Assembly (NCBI GenBank): GCA_039794845.1 | Contig: JAUQVK010000101.1 | Coordinates: 50,416 to 114,415 of the forward strand | Direction: 5' to 3' | Length of the DNA stretch: 64,000 nt | DNA from: Thermostichus sp. DRC_bins_24 | GTDB lineage: Bacteria; Cyanobacteriota; Cyanobacteriia; Thermostichales; Thermostichaceae | Shown here: positions 42,412 to 52,105 of the stretch, piece by piece | How the letters are laid out: every line of letters starts with the position of its first letter | How positions within the stretch are numbered: position 1 is the first letter of the stretch | Program-made: the position numbers and the translations under genes | Notes under the pieces: generated by a model | The model's database searches: none | What the model saw: the letters and a program-made list of their open reading frames with translations, nothing else | Told to the model about the DNA's origin: nothing

Positions 42412-42762
42412 TTACAAAGGCAAATACAGGACGATTCCCTCCCATTCCGATTGCTCAGTACAATTCACCAACAACACCATTTCATCAATTACCTGTTGAA
42501 CTGAGGCCCGATTATGCACGATAAACAACCCTGGCATCAGTTGGCCCTGAAGCAAACGCTCGTAAGCAAAACTGGGCATCGTTGCACGATCATGAGTTAA
42601 TAAAATTCGATCATTCCTTGCAGCCCAATCCAAAATCAACGGATCTTCAACCTGTCTCAATCCCACATCCTGAACTCGCACCAGATCGAGCTGAGGTTCC
42701 AGCAGGAGCAAACCACGGACGATATCGCCATTAAAGTTTTCATCACTGAGCAATCTCAACAC
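42412..42762 (-). CDS. DUF5615 PIN-like toxin
   Basis: LLSDENF, DPLILDWA, ILLTHD. Confidence 0.9.
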   Translation of the reverse strand: MLRLLSDENFNGDIVRGLLLLEPQLDLVRVQDVGLRQVEDPLILDWAARNDRILLTHDRATMPSFAYERLLQGQLMPGLFIVHNRASVQQVIDEMVLLVNCTEQSEWEGIVLYLPL

Positions 42763-42771
42763 AAATGGATT

Positions 42772-42875
42772 TACAGCTTTTTCCAGCGTTATCTGCTATG
42801 GCTAGGTCGGATCAATTCTTTGCCCAACAGAGGTTTGGCTAAACCTTAGTCTACATAAAGTCGGAAAAGGCTGTA
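42772..42875. mobile_element. MITE family 2 (104 bp) between antitoxin and toxin
   Basis: TACAGCTTTTTCC ... GGAAAAGGCTGTA, 12/13 inverted match, TA at both ends. Confidence 0.7.
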
Positions 42876-42879
42876 TGGC

Positions 42880-43215
42880 TTAGCAAGCCAGCATCCGTTC
42901 ACGAATCCAACGAAGATCGGGTTGTGTACTGTTAATCTTTTGTCGGACTGAGGCAGCCATCGATTCCCTCTCTTGAAGGTAACTCTCTACAGCATCTGGA
43001 TGTCGCAGATAATAAGCAATTGCTCCATAGACCTCAGAAAGAGACAGAGTTGGGTAACTCTGGAGAATTGCTTCTGGAGAAGCTCCATCTTGAAAGGCAT
43101 GAACAACCAGCTCCAACAAAACTCTGGATTGACCCACTCGAATTGCACCAGAGCTTTCTTTGTTCAGCAGAGGCATTTCCTGTTCGAAAACTAGACTCAT
43201 GACATACTTCCCCAT
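42880..43215 (-). CDS. DUF433 antitoxin
   Basis: IRVGQSRVLLELVV...GASPEAILQSYPTLSLSEVYGAIAYY. Confidence 0.92.
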   Translation of the reverse strand: MGKYVMSLVFEQEMPLLNKESSGAIRVGQSRVLLELVVHAFQDGASPEAILQSYPTLSLSEVYGAIAYYLRHPDAVESYLQERESMAASVRQKINSTQPDLRWIRERMLAC

Positions 43216-43271
43216 CCATTGCTTCTGATCCTAGCGGCACTAAAGAATCTTTCTCCCAAAACCCAGTTTCC

Positions 43272-44366
43272 CTAAGCCGGATCCGAGGATTCCCGATCCC
43301 GGAAAAAGTCGAAGCGTCCGTACAGCGATTCACTGTAGAGGATCAACAAAAAGACGATGCCCTGAAACACCAACACACTGGCATCCGGCAAACCGTGGGC
43401 TCGCTGCAAAATGCTGCCACTGGCCAGGATTCCCCCCAGCAGGATCGCCATCACCACCGCGGCGGCGGGGTTTTGCCGAGCGATAAAGGCCACCAAAATG
43501 CCGCTATAGCCGTAGCCAACGCTCAAGGACTCATTGGCCCGCCCATGCACGGCAGCCACTTCCACCATGCCCGCCAACCCGGCGCAGGATCCGGCCAAGA
43601 AGGTGATCAGCAAAGTCAATCTGCCCACAGCAATCCCCACCATGCGGGCCACCTTGGGGTTCCCCCCTATCGTCCGCACCGAAAAGCCCAGGGTCGTGTG
43701 CTGAATCAGCACATAGGCCAGCAGGCAGGCGAGGATGCCATAGACCAAGCCAAAGTGGATGCGCGTGCCAAACAGACGACCCAACATATTCGCTTCATCA
43801 ATGGCAAAGCTGGAGGGCTTGCTCAAGAAACCGGGATCCCGCAACGGTCCCCCCACCAAATGGTTCATCAGGGCGATGGCGATATAGTTCATCAACAGGC
43901 TGCTGATGGTTTCGTTGACGCCCCGGTAGTGGCGCAATGCCCCCACCGCCATGATCCACAGGCCCCCCGCCACCATGCCCGCCAAGGCCATGAGAAACAC
44001 CACCACCGGCGGAGCCAGGGATCCGGCCCAGAGGCCCATCCCCACCGCCGCTACACCCCCGATCACCAGTGCTCCTTCGTTGCCGATGATCACCAACCCC
44101 AAGCGGGCCGGCAGGATCGTACAAAGAGAGGTCAACATCAGGGGTGCCGCCCGTTGCAGGGTATTTTGCCAAGAAAACCCGCTGCCAAAAGCGGCCCGGT
44201 AGATGGAGCCGTACACCGCGAAGGGATTGGCCCCCGCCAGCGTGCAAAGCAAACCAAAAATAACCAGGGAAGCCAACAACGCCCCGCAGGGCAACAGAAT
44301 CGGCTCCAGGCTAGACCGCCACCGTAGAGGGGCCGAACGAGGAATAGCAGAAGTGGTGGTAGCCAT
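43272..44366 (-). CDS. ABC transporter permease (nucleoside/CUT2 type)
   Basis: IGNEGAL, GVNETISSLLMNY, GYGYSGILVA. Confidence 0.93.
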   Translation of the reverse strand: MATTTSAIPRSAPLRWRSSLEPILLPCGALLASLVIFGLLCTLAGANPFAVYGSIYRAAFGSGFSWQNTLQRAAPLMLTSLCTILPARLGLVIIGNEGALVIGGVAAVGMGLWAGSLAPPVVVFLMALAGMVAGGLWIMAVGALRHYRGVNETISSLLMNYIAIALMNHLVGGPLRDPGFLSKPSSFAIDEANMLGRLFGTRIHFGLVYGILACLLAYVLIQHTTLGFSVRTIGGNPKVARMVGIAVGRLTLLITFLAGSCAGLAGMVEVAAVHGRANESLSVGYGYSGILVAFIARQNPAAAVVMAILLGGILASGSILQRAHGLPDASVLVFQGIVFLLILYSESLYGRFDFFRDRESSDPA

Positions 44367-45526
44367 TAGCTGGAGGTACTCCCAATCACACCTTCCACCA
44401 AGTAATCCATGGATTCCAACTCAATGGCCCGCTGACCGTATTCCGCTCCGGCAGGAATGACCTCTTGACCGGTGTTGTCCTTGAGGGGGCCTTTGTAGAT
44501 CACCAGGGATCCTGCCTGCAGTTGGGCTAGAGCCTCTTCCCCGGCTTTTTTGGCCTCCTCGCTGGCAGCGGATCCCCAGGGGGAGACCTTGATGAATTTC
44601 TCCTTAATGCCCCCGCGAATCAGGTGGGGGATCCCTCCGTTCATGAGGGTTTTGCCCGCTTGGATAGCTTCGGCAAATTGGGTATACACGCTCGTCCAGT
44701 CGTATTCTGCCCCCGTCAAATAGCCATTGGGAGCCAAGGCCGCTTGGCTGGTATTGTGGCCACAGCTCATCAGGCCGCGTCGTTCTGCCGTTTCGATGAC
44801 AATCTTGGGGCTATCCACGTGGCAGGTGAGCACGTCAATGCCTTGATCCGCCATGCTGTTGGCCGCTTCTGCTTCTTTAACCGGCAACGCCCAGTCCCCG
44901 GTGAAGACCACCTGGGTGCTGATGTCAGGGTTAACACTTTTGGCCCCCAACGTAAAGCTGTTGATGTTGCGCAGCACCAAGGGGATCGGTTTGGCGGCGA
45001 TAAACCCGAGGCGGTTGCTCCGGGTCATGGATCCGGCCAGCACACCGTTGATGTAGTGGCCCTCATCTAGGTAACCGAAGTAGGTACCGACATTTTTCGG
45101 GTGAACCCCCTCGATGTAGAGGCCGCCCGCATGGAAAAACTGCACCTCAGGATATTCTTGCGCCACCCGCAACACGTGCGGATCGTAGTAGCCGAAGGAA
45201 GTGGGGAAGAGCACCGTCGCTCCATCCTGCTCGATCATGGCCCGCATGGATTCCTCCACCGCCACCGTCTCCGGCACGTTTTCCTCCTCGACGGTCTTCA
45301 CCCAATCCAAACCCGATAGGCCCACGTTCCCCTCCGCATGGGCCTGGTTCCAGCCGAAGTCATCCTTGGGGCCAACGTAAATAAAGCCAACGATAATCTC
45401 TTTGTTTTGGGCTTGGGCACGCCACAGTTGTGAAGTCAGGGTCAAGGCAGTGGCGGCAGCAGCGGTGCGGATGATCTGCCTGCGAGTGTAAAGGTGTTGG
45501 AACGGGGACTGGCTCATCTTGGGCAT
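44366..45526 (-). CDS. BMP family ABC substrate-binding protein, Tat-exported
   Basis: TRRQII signal; GFIYVGPKDDFGWNQAH, TSFGY. Confidence 0.93.
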   Translation of the reverse strand: MPKMSQSPFQHLYTRRQIIRTAAAATALTLTSQLWRAQAQNKEIIVGFIYVGPKDDFGWNQAHAEGNVGLSGLDWVKTVEEENVPETVAVEESMRAMIEQDGATVLFPTSFGYYDPHVLRVAQEYPEVQFFHAGGLYIEGVHPKNVGTYFGYLDEGHYINGVLAGSMTRSNRLGFIAAKPIPLVLRNINSFTLGAKSVNPDISTQVVFTGDWALPVKEAEAANSMADQGIDVLTCHVDSPKIVIETAERRGLMSCGHNTSQAALAPNGYLTGAEYDWTSVYTQFAEAIQAGKTLMNGGIPHLIRGGIKEKFIKVSPWGSAASEEAKKAGEEALAQLQAGSLVIYKGPLKDNTGQEVIPAGAEYGQRAIELESMDYLVEGVIGSTSS

Positions 45527-45655
45527 CCTATGGGTGAAGGAACTTCCGACTCAAGGGCTGAAAGCAGCGGACAGCGTACAATTCTGACAGGGGAAGAATG
45601 CGGTAAACCCGGATCTGCTGCTACTGGATTTAATGACCTCCATCCATAAGTTTTC

Positions 45656-45669
45656 GTAGCCCTGGATAC
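45656..45669. promoter_or_regulatory. Putative NtcA site between the divergent BMP and amidohydrolase genes
   Basis: GTAGCCCTGGATAC = GTA-N8-TAC; no canonical TAN3T box at the class II spacing. Confidence 0.6.
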
Positions 45670-45772
45670 AATCTCCGGGATTCACGGCGCTGATGCTTCC
45701 CTTGTGTTAGCAGAACGCTGTTTTGCCAGCAAAGGTTCCTGTCCAGCCTTAGGTTTCTGACCTCTCCAAAGC

Positions 45773-47008
45773 ATGAATGTTCATTTTCAAGAGGGTGTGG
45801 TTCTGGCCGGCCCAGAGCTAGCTCCCCATCGTTGCTCCCATTTTGCGGTGGAACAAGACACAATTACCCGCATGGAATTGGGGGATCCCATCCTCAGCCT
45901 GGAACAGGGATCCTGGGTGATTTTACCGGCCTTCACCAATAGCCACACCCACATGGGGGATAGCTGCTTGCCAGATGGGGCAACGGGCATGACCTTAGAA
46001 GAAGGGTTTTTCCGGCCCAATGGCTACAAATATCGAGAATTGGCCAAACAATCCCGTCAGCAACACCTAGAGCACATCACCGCCCACCTGCACTACATGG
46101 CGGCAACGGGCACCATCCGGCACATCGATTTTCGAGAACAAGGGGTTTATGGCTGCCAACTGTTGCGGGAGGCGGCAGCCCAGACCGGGATCCACTCGGT
46201 AATCTTGGGCCAGTTTGAGAGCCTCCCTTTTGATGATGCGCAATTGCGGCAAAATCGGGATCCCTTGAGCCCGCAAGCCCATCAAGAACTGCAGGACATC
46301 CTGGCGGTGGCGGATGGGTTTTCCGAAAGCACCCTGAACGACCTCACGGAGCCCGCCTGGAGACAAATTCACCACCTCACTGAACACATGGGCAAACTGC
46401 GGGCCATTCATTGTCTGGAAAATGAGGGCTATCGAGAGGTGAGCCTGGCCATTAGCGGACGGGGGGACTTGGAGCGGGCTCTCGATTTCTATCATCCCCA
46501 CTTGGTGATTCACGCTACAGTCGCCAATGCAGCCGAAATTCAGTTGCTCTCCCAGCATCGGGTCAATGTGGCCCTCAACCCGCGGGCCAATGCCAACTTG
46601 GGCCTGCCCTTACCCCCGATTGCCCCCCTCCTGGAGAGTGAAGCCAACCTGCTGCTCGGCACCGACAATGGCCTTTTGAATAGCCCGAACCTGCTGCCAG
46701 AACTGGACTTTACCTACAAAGTTGCCAAAAGCCAATTTGCCGATGCGCTGCGCCCCGATCCTACCGAGATTTTGAAAATGGTGACCAGTAACATCCGACA
46801 TTTGCGGCCCCTGCTGGGATCCGATGTCTACGGCTACTTGGATGTGGGGTTACCTGCGGATTTGCTCCTCCTGGACTTCACGCGTCCGCATTTGCGGGCT
46901 AGCCGCCATTTGATCGCTTCGATTCTCACCCGAGTTACCCCGGCGGATGTGGTGCTGACGATGCGGCAGGGCAAGGCGCTCTGGGGGGATCCCAACTCGA
47001 TTAACTAA
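45773..47008 (+). CDS. Metal-dependent amidohydrolase (deaminase-like)
   Basis: FTNSHTHMGD, AIHCLE, VIHAT, LGTDNG. Confidence 0.9.
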   Translation: MNVHFQEGVVLAGPELAPHRCSHFAVEQDTITRMELGDPILSLEQGSWVILPAFTNSHTHMGDSCLPDGATGMTLEEGFFRPNGYKYRELAKQSRQQHLEHITAHLHYMAATGTIRHIDFREQGVYGCQLLREAAAQTGIHSVILGQFESLPFDDAQLRQNRDPLSPQAHQELQDILAVADGFSESTLNDLTEPAWRQIHHLTEHMGKLRAIHCLENEGYREVSLAISGRGDLERALDFYHPHLVIHATVANAAEIQLLSQHRVNVALNPRANANLGLPLPPIAPLLESEANLLLGTDNGLLNSPNLLPELDFTYKVAKSQFADALRPDPTEILKMVTSNIRHLRPLLGSDVYGYLDVGLPADLLLLDFTRPHLRASRHLIASILTRVTPADVVLTMRQGKALWGDPNSIN

Positions 47009-47043
47009 TGTCCATCAAGGTCAAAGCCCCTATTTTTCGAGAT

Positions 47044-47496
47044 TCACGGGTTTGGAGTTCTATTGATATTGTTGATATTGATATGAGCGATATAAGCTCG
47101 CCAGCCCCCCCAAGCGGTAATTTCCGGTTGCCCTTCGCACAGGTAGGGTTCTGCCAGGATCCCGAGCACTTCTTCCCCATCTGACAAAAGGATGCGGCCT
47201 ACCGATAATCCTGGCGGCTCTTGCAGAAGAAGCTGACTCAACCCCAGGGCAGGGATTTCCCAAATTTCCAGGGCGATTGTAGAACCTCCCTGGTGAACCC
47301 GCACCATGCCGGGATGGATATCGTTAATCGACCAAAGCCGGTAACAAGCTGCCGTTTGGGCTTCTCGCACAAAGTGTCCACCCATCTGGAGCAGGTTCCC
47401 ATTGAGGGCCAATCCCCGCATCAGAGTCCCATTCACGGCCAACTGAACTGAATTCACTGCGCACCCCACTGGCTCAAGCAGGAGGCAGGCTATCAT
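47044..47496 (-). CDS. Allophanate hydrolase C-terminal / gamma-glutamylcyclotransferase-like protein
   Basis: [14 protein letters not shown]...TAACYRLW...EIW...EPPGLSVG...[10 protein letters not shown]; true start may be slightly downstream. Confidence 0.8.
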   Translation of the reverse strand: MIACLLLEPVGCAVNSVQLAVNGTLMRGLALNGNLLQMGGHFVREAQTAACYRLWSINDIHPGMVRVHQGGSTIALEIWEIPALGLSQLLLQEPPGLSVGRILLSDGEEVLGILAEPYLCEGQPEITAWGGWRAYIAHININNINRTPNP

Positions 47497-47671
47497 AGTC
47501 AGGGTTCAGGAGAAAACCACATGGATGCAAAGTCGATCTTGGTGGGGATTGCCACGGCACTCTCTCTGGCAGCTTTTTACTTTGGCACCCGCAACGGCTT
47601 CTACAATACCGACAAGTATCACGGTAACGGCTCTGCCCATTGAGTCTCACCTTCTTTGTTGGGGATCAGCC

Positions 47672-48073
47672 GTGGATTCGCCGCCCACCCGCACCTCCCT
47701 TCAGAAGACAGGCGATGCAGGAGAAAACCGGGTAAGACACTATCTCAGCCAGCAGGGTTGGCAGATTTTGGCACAGCACTGGCGCTGTCGTTGGGGAGAA
47801 TTGGACCTGGTGGCTTGTCGGGCGGGGGTACTGGCGTTTGTAGAGGTGAAAACCCGCAGCCCCGGCAGTTGGGATCAATCGGGGCTGTTGGCAGTCGGGA
47901 TCCCAAAACAGCACCGTTTGATCCGGGCGGCCCGAGTGTTTCTCAGCCAGCATCCCCATCTTTCTGATTTGCCCTGCCGATTTGATGTGGCGCTTGTGGA
48001 GCGGCAGGCCGGTGAGCAGGGGGTGAGCTATGCCTTGGTTGAATACTTGCAAGAAGCTTTTGAAATTTGCTGA
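47672..48073 (+). CDS. YraN (UPF0102) family protein
   Basis: GDAGE...[11 protein letters not shown]...FVEVKTR...CRFDV; GTG start inferred. Confidence 0.9.
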   Translation: MDSPPTRTSLQKTGDAGENRVRHYLSQQGWQILAQHWRCRWGELDLVACRAGVLAFVEVKTRSPGSWDQSGLLAVGIPKQHRLIRAARVFLSQHPHLSDLPCRFDVALVERQAGEQGVSYALVEYLQEAFEIC

Positions 48074-48166
48074 GGATCTTGGGGCTCTAGAAGTTTATAG
48101 GAATTTCCCCTTAATTCCTGTTGTCATGGGTCAACCTGTAAACTCCAGGATCCCTACCTCATCCTG

Positions 48167-49357
48167 ATGTTCGCCATGTCAACCCCGCTTGAATCTCTGC
48201 CGCCGTTGGTATCTGCCAAAACTTCTCCAGCCTCCTCTGGCGAAGGTGAACCGGTTCTGGTGATGGGTGCCGGGTTGATGGGCCGTCTTTTGGCCGCAAG
48301 TCTTACGGAAGCAGGGCATCCCGTTCGCATCGTGGATGCTGCCCCCGGTGCCGCTGCGGGTAGCAGTGCTGCCCACGTGGCTGCTGCCATGCTTGCTCCT
48401 CTGGCGGAGTCTGCCGTAACAGAACTCAGCGTGGTGGCCCAAGGTTCTTACTCGCTGTCCCGCTGGCCATCCCTATTGGCTGCCCTGCCCCAGCCGGTCT
48501 TTTTCCAACAGGAAGGTACCCTGATCCTTTGGCATCGGCAAGATCAAGGGGAGGCCAAACGATTTTCAGCCTTGTTGTCGGATGCTCTTAGCCGCCTTAG
48601 TCTTTTGCCCACGCCTCAGCTTCTTGATGCCGAAGCCTTGGCGGAGATTGAACCGGCGGTGGCAGGGCGATTTGTCCAAGGCCTGTACTTGCCCCAAGAG
48701 GGCCAGCTTGACAACCGCCAATTACTCTCGGCTTTATTGGCCAAGCTGCGTACCCACAACCTAGAGGTAGAATGGGGCCGCACCTTGACTTTGGAGGAAG
48801 CCCAGGCTTGGCAATACCGCACAGGGGGTTGGGTTCTAGACTGCCGTGGTCTGGGAACACGTGGTCAGTGGTCTGCAGGTGGCCCCTTGCGCGGTGTGCG
48901 GGGGGAGGTTGTGCGTCTGTATGCCCCTGATGTTACCTTGCGGCGCCCGACCCGATTGCTGCATCCCCGTTACCCGATCTATATTGCCCCCAAGCAAGAG
49001 CATCTCTTCGTAGTTGGGGCCACTGAGATTGAGGCTGATGATTTCTCTCCCATCAGTGTGCGTTCTACTCTGGAGCTGCTCAGTGCCGCCTACGCGGTGC
49101 ATCCAGCCTTCGCGGAAGCCCGTATCCTAGAGTTGGGAAGCCAGTGCCGACCGACGCTGCCCGACAATCTGCCGGCAGTGGTCGAGCCTTCACCCCGGAT
49201 CCTGCAGATCAATGGCCTCTATCGCCATGGGTTTATGATCGCTCCTGCCATACACGACGCAGTTCTGGAGTACTTACACCAAGGGACACAGAACCTAGCC
49301 ATGCAGTTGGGGATCCGGTTTCAAGTCGATACTGTAAGTAGCATCTCTAGGAATTAG
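48167..49357 (+). CDS. thiO: Glycine oxidase
   Basis: MGAGLMG, AAAMLAP, RPTLPDNLP, NGLYRHG; precedes thiS-thiG. Confidence 0.88.
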   Translation: MFAMSTPLESLPPLVSAKTSPASSGEGEPVLVMGAGLMGRLLAASLTEAGHPVRIVDAAPGAAAGSSAAHVAAAMLAPLAESAVTELSVVAQGSYSLSRWPSLLAALPQPVFFQQEGTLILWHRQDQGEAKRFSALLSDALSRLSLLPTPQLLDAEALAEIEPAVAGRFVQGLYLPQEGQLDNRQLLSALLAKLRTHNLEVEWGRTLTLEEAQAWQYRTGGWVLDCRGLGTRGQWSAGGPLRGVRGEVVRLYAPDVTLRRPTRLLHPRYPIYIAPKQEHLFVVGATEIEADDFSPISVRSTLELLSAAYAVHPAFAEARILELGSQCRPTLPDNLPAVVEPSPRILQINGLYRHGFMIAPAIHDAVLEYLHQGTQNLAMQLGIRFQVDTVSSISRN

Positions 49358-49367
49358 TACCTCCCCA

Positions 49368-49565
49368 ATGCGTGTGTTGATCAACCAAGAGCCCCATGAA
49401 TTGCCGGAGGGCACAACGTTGGCAGATGCCGTGCTTACCGTGGGTGCTAACGGCCCCTATGCAGTAGCTGTCAACTTAAACTTTGTGCCGCGTACTCAGT
49501 ATGCCCAAACCCTGTTGCAGGAGGGCGACCACGTTGAAATTATCACTCCCGCTGCTGGTGGCTAG
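49368..49565 (+). CDS. thiS: Sulfur carrier protein ThiS
   Basis: 65 aa, AVAVN, C-terminal GG. Confidence 0.93.
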   Translation: MRVLINQEPHELPEGTTLADAVLTVGANGPYAVAVNLNFVPRTQYAQTLLQEGDHVEIITPAAGG

Positions 49566-49588
49566 ACCGTAGGCTTTCCGATAACGCA

Positions 49589-50416
49589 ATGTCTGCTTTG
49601 ATCCATTCCTCTCCCTTGAATCTGGCCAATGAGGATCCCTTAACCCTCTACGGCCAACCCATGAAAAGCCGCCTCATGCTGGGCACGGCTCGCTATCCGT
49701 CTCCAGCTGTTTTGGAGCAGGCGGTGGCCTGTGCTCGCCCTTGTCTGTTGACGGCTTCGCTGAGACGCCAGGGGGCGCTGGGGCCGGACGCCTCGCAGGG
49801 GTTCTGGGCTCTCCTGCAAAAGATGAATGTTCCGATCCTGCCCAATACCGCCGGCTGCCACAGCCTGCAGGAGGTGATCGCTACGGCGGAGATGGCCCGG
49901 GAAGTGTTCTCTACCGACTGGATCAAGTTGGAACTGATCGGGGACGACTACACCTTGCAACCGGATACCGTGCAACTACCCGCTGCGGCTGCCGAGCTGA
50001 TTCGGCGAGGGTTCAAGGTTTTGCCCTACAGTACAGACGATCTAGTGCTTTGCCAGCGTCTTCTGGATGTGGGTTGCCAAGTGGTGATGCCCTGGGCGGC
50101 TCCCATTGGCACGGGGAAAGGCCCCCTCAACCCCTACACCCTGCGCATGCTGCGGGAACGCATCGAAGTTCCCCTGATCATCGATGCGGGATTGGGTTTG
50201 CCCTCCCACGCTTGTCAGGTGATGGAATGGGGTTTTGATGGGGTATTGCTGAACACCGCCGTGGCTTTGGCTCAAGATCCAGTGACCATGGCCAGGGCAT
50301 TTGCCGATGCCGTACATGCCGGTCGCCAGGCCTACCGCGCCGGGGCGATGCAACCTCAAGAGGTGGCCCAACCCAGTACGCCTGTCTTGGGTACTCCTTT
50401 TTGGCATCAAGGTTAA
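49589..50416 (+). CDS. thiG: Thiazole synthase
   Basis: PNTAGC, WIKLE, MPWAAPIGTG, IDAGLG, LLNTAVA. Confidence 0.96.
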   Translation: MSALIHSSPLNLANEDPLTLYGQPMKSRLMLGTARYPSPAVLEQAVACARPCLLTASLRRQGALGPDASQGFWALLQKMNVPILPNTAGCHSLQEVIATAEMAREVFSTDWIKLELIGDDYTLQPDTVQLPAAAAELIRRGFKVLPYSTDDLVLCQRLLDVGCQVVMPWAAPIGTGKGPLNPYTLRMLRERIEVPLIIDAGLGLPSHACQVMEWGFDGVLLNTAVALAQDPVTMARAFADAVHAGRQAYRAGAMQPQEVAQPSTPVLGTPFWHQG

Positions 50417-50483
50417 ATAGGTATCCCAGAAGGGATCCTCTACCAACACCTGAGAGCCTACTGCAAAGAACTAATGCGAAGAA

Positions 50484-51116
50484 CTAAGCAGAGGGCTTCT
50501 TTGCCTGGATCACCTGTAAGGCCCCCCATGCATGCAGGGTTTGGCGAATATTCTGCCAGCCCCGCTGCCGCAAATGCTCCGGCAAATCCAGCTGCAACAG
50601 TTCCCAGGCGGTGTCGGTTTCAAAAAGCGCCAGAAACAGGGCCAGCCCTGGCCAAATCAGGGGTTGCCGGGGAGCATGCAAATCCAGAATCAACAGCCCT
50701 CCTCCGGGTTTGAGCACCCGCCACACCTCTTGCAGCACCTGCTCCAGGTCGGCATAAGGCAGTTCATGCAGGGCCAAGCTGGTATGAACCCAATCGAAGC
50801 TAGCTGCCGCAAAGGGCATGTTCTGGGCAAAGGCTTCCACAAACTCAACGGTGGGCAGGCGTTTTCGGGCCGCGGCCAGCGCTTTCGGCGAGGCATCCAA
50901 CCCGGTCACCCGTTGGCTGAGCTCCGCCAAAACTGGGGTCACTTCCGCTGGGCCACAGCAGAGATCCAACACCCGATCCTGTGGACCAATCGGGATCCCT
51001 TGCAACGGGAGTCTGCGCAACCGCCCGTAGCCCCCCACCGCCAACGCCGCCCCCCGGCTGATGCTGCGGTAAAGCCAGGGGAATTGGTAGCTCCAGTCTC
51101 GTAGGAAGGTGGCCAT
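50484..51116 (-). CDS. Class I SAM-dependent methyltransferase
   Basis: VLDLCCG, GLDASP, RVLKPGG. Confidence 0.92.
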   Translation of the reverse strand: MATFLRDWSYQFPWLYRSISRGAALAVGGYGRLRRLPLQGIPIGPQDRVLDLCCGPAEVTPVLAELSQRVTGLDASPKALAAARKRLPTVEFVEAFAQNMPFAAASFDWVHTSLALHELPYADLEQVLQEVWRVLKPGGGLLILDLHAPRQPLIWPGLALFLALFETDTAWELLQLDLPEHLRQRGWQNIRQTLHAWGALQVIQAKKPSA

Positions 51117-51129
51117 TGCCCGGGATCCC

Positions 51130-51648
51130 TTAGGTGGGTTCTTTCACCCTATCTTCCGAATCTTCCGATATGGGTTCGAGTGGGGTCGCCACAGAGGCTT
51201 CTCGTTGCGATTGGATCAGCACCACGGCCATCAGGATCAAGCCCAACCCCAGCACCTCCTTTGCCCCCAGCACGCCACTCACCAGTGTGGTAAAGCCAAA
51301 CTGCTCGATCAGCAGCGAAAACCCCAACTGCCCGAACACAATGGCAATACCCAAGGCCACCAACCCAATGCGTGGCAAGGCCAGCAAGCTGAGAACAATC
51401 GAGCAACTGCCGGTGGCTCCCCCCAAAAAGGACCACCAGGGGGCCTGTCGCAACGGGGTGGTATCCCACTGTCCCCCCAACCCCACCAGGGATCCGACAA
51501 ACAAAAAGGAAATGCTGAAACTGATGGCGGAGGCCGCCAAGGGACTGTGAATGGAGCGGTGCAACCGGCTATTAAAGGCAAAGGCCAAGGTAAACAACAC
51601 TCCCCCTACCCCTGCCGCCAGTCCCGCCTGCCAAATTTCCAGGTTCAT
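51130..51648 (-). CDS. DMT family transporter (YdcZ/DUF606)
   Basis: PWWSFLGG, GQLGFSLLIEQFG. Confidence 0.85.
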   Translation of the reverse strand: MNLEIWQAGLAAGVGGVLFTLAFAFNSRLHRSIHSPLAASAISFSISFLFVGSLVGLGGQWDTTPLRQAPWWSFLGGATGSCSIVLSLLALPRIGLVALGIAIVFGQLGFSLLIEQFGFTTLVSGVLGAKEVLGLGLILMAVVLIQSQREASVATPLEPISEDSEDRVKEPT

Positions 51649-51661
51649 CTGCGCACATCCC

Positions 51662-52105
51662 TCAACTGAGAAGCAACACCACCGCCACCACCAAGAGGAT
51701 CCCGGCCAGCAGCCGCTGCCAACTCAAGGGCCGCCGTTCTAGTCCCAACCAGCCGAAATGATCCACCAACAAGCTGCTCAACATTTGCGTGGCAATGCCA
51801 ATGCCGATGGTCAGGGTGGTTCCCGCTTGAATTGCCGCGTAGGTCACCAGCAACACGTAGGATCCCCCCGAGACTCCCCCCAGGTAGCTCCACCAGGGGC
51901 TGACGCGCACCCCGCTCCAATGCACCGTTCCAAATCGGCCCGAGAGCAACAAAGCCACCAGTACGGCTGCCCCGACAAAGGTCGATACTACCCCCGCCAT
52001 CGGCACCGAAGCCGTGGCTTGAGCCAATTTCCCGTCCAACTGGTAGCGAATCGGCAGTAGGGCGCCACTCAAGATCGCCATCACCAGAAAACTCAGTCGC
52101 CACAT
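51662..52105 (-). CDS. DMT family transporter (YdcZ/DUF606)
   Basis: PWWSYLGG, QMLSSLLVDHFGW. Confidence 0.87.
   Translation of the reverse strand: MWRLSFLVMAILSGALLPIRYQLDGKLAQATASVPMAGVVSTFVGAAVLVALLLSGRFGTVHWSGVRVSPWWSYLGGVSGGSYVLLVTYAAIQAGTTLTIGIGIATQMLSSLLVDHFGWLGLERRPLSWQRLLAGILLVVAVVLLLS

Noticed and set aside
43395..44327. 310-aa plus-strand ORF (similarly 53590-54582, 17156-18178, 24724-25632, 61429-62184)
   Set aside because: Antisense or alternative-frame overlaps of well-supported genes.
48074..48166. TPP riboswitch before thiO
   Set aside because: No CTGAGA or ACCTGAT core elements are present.
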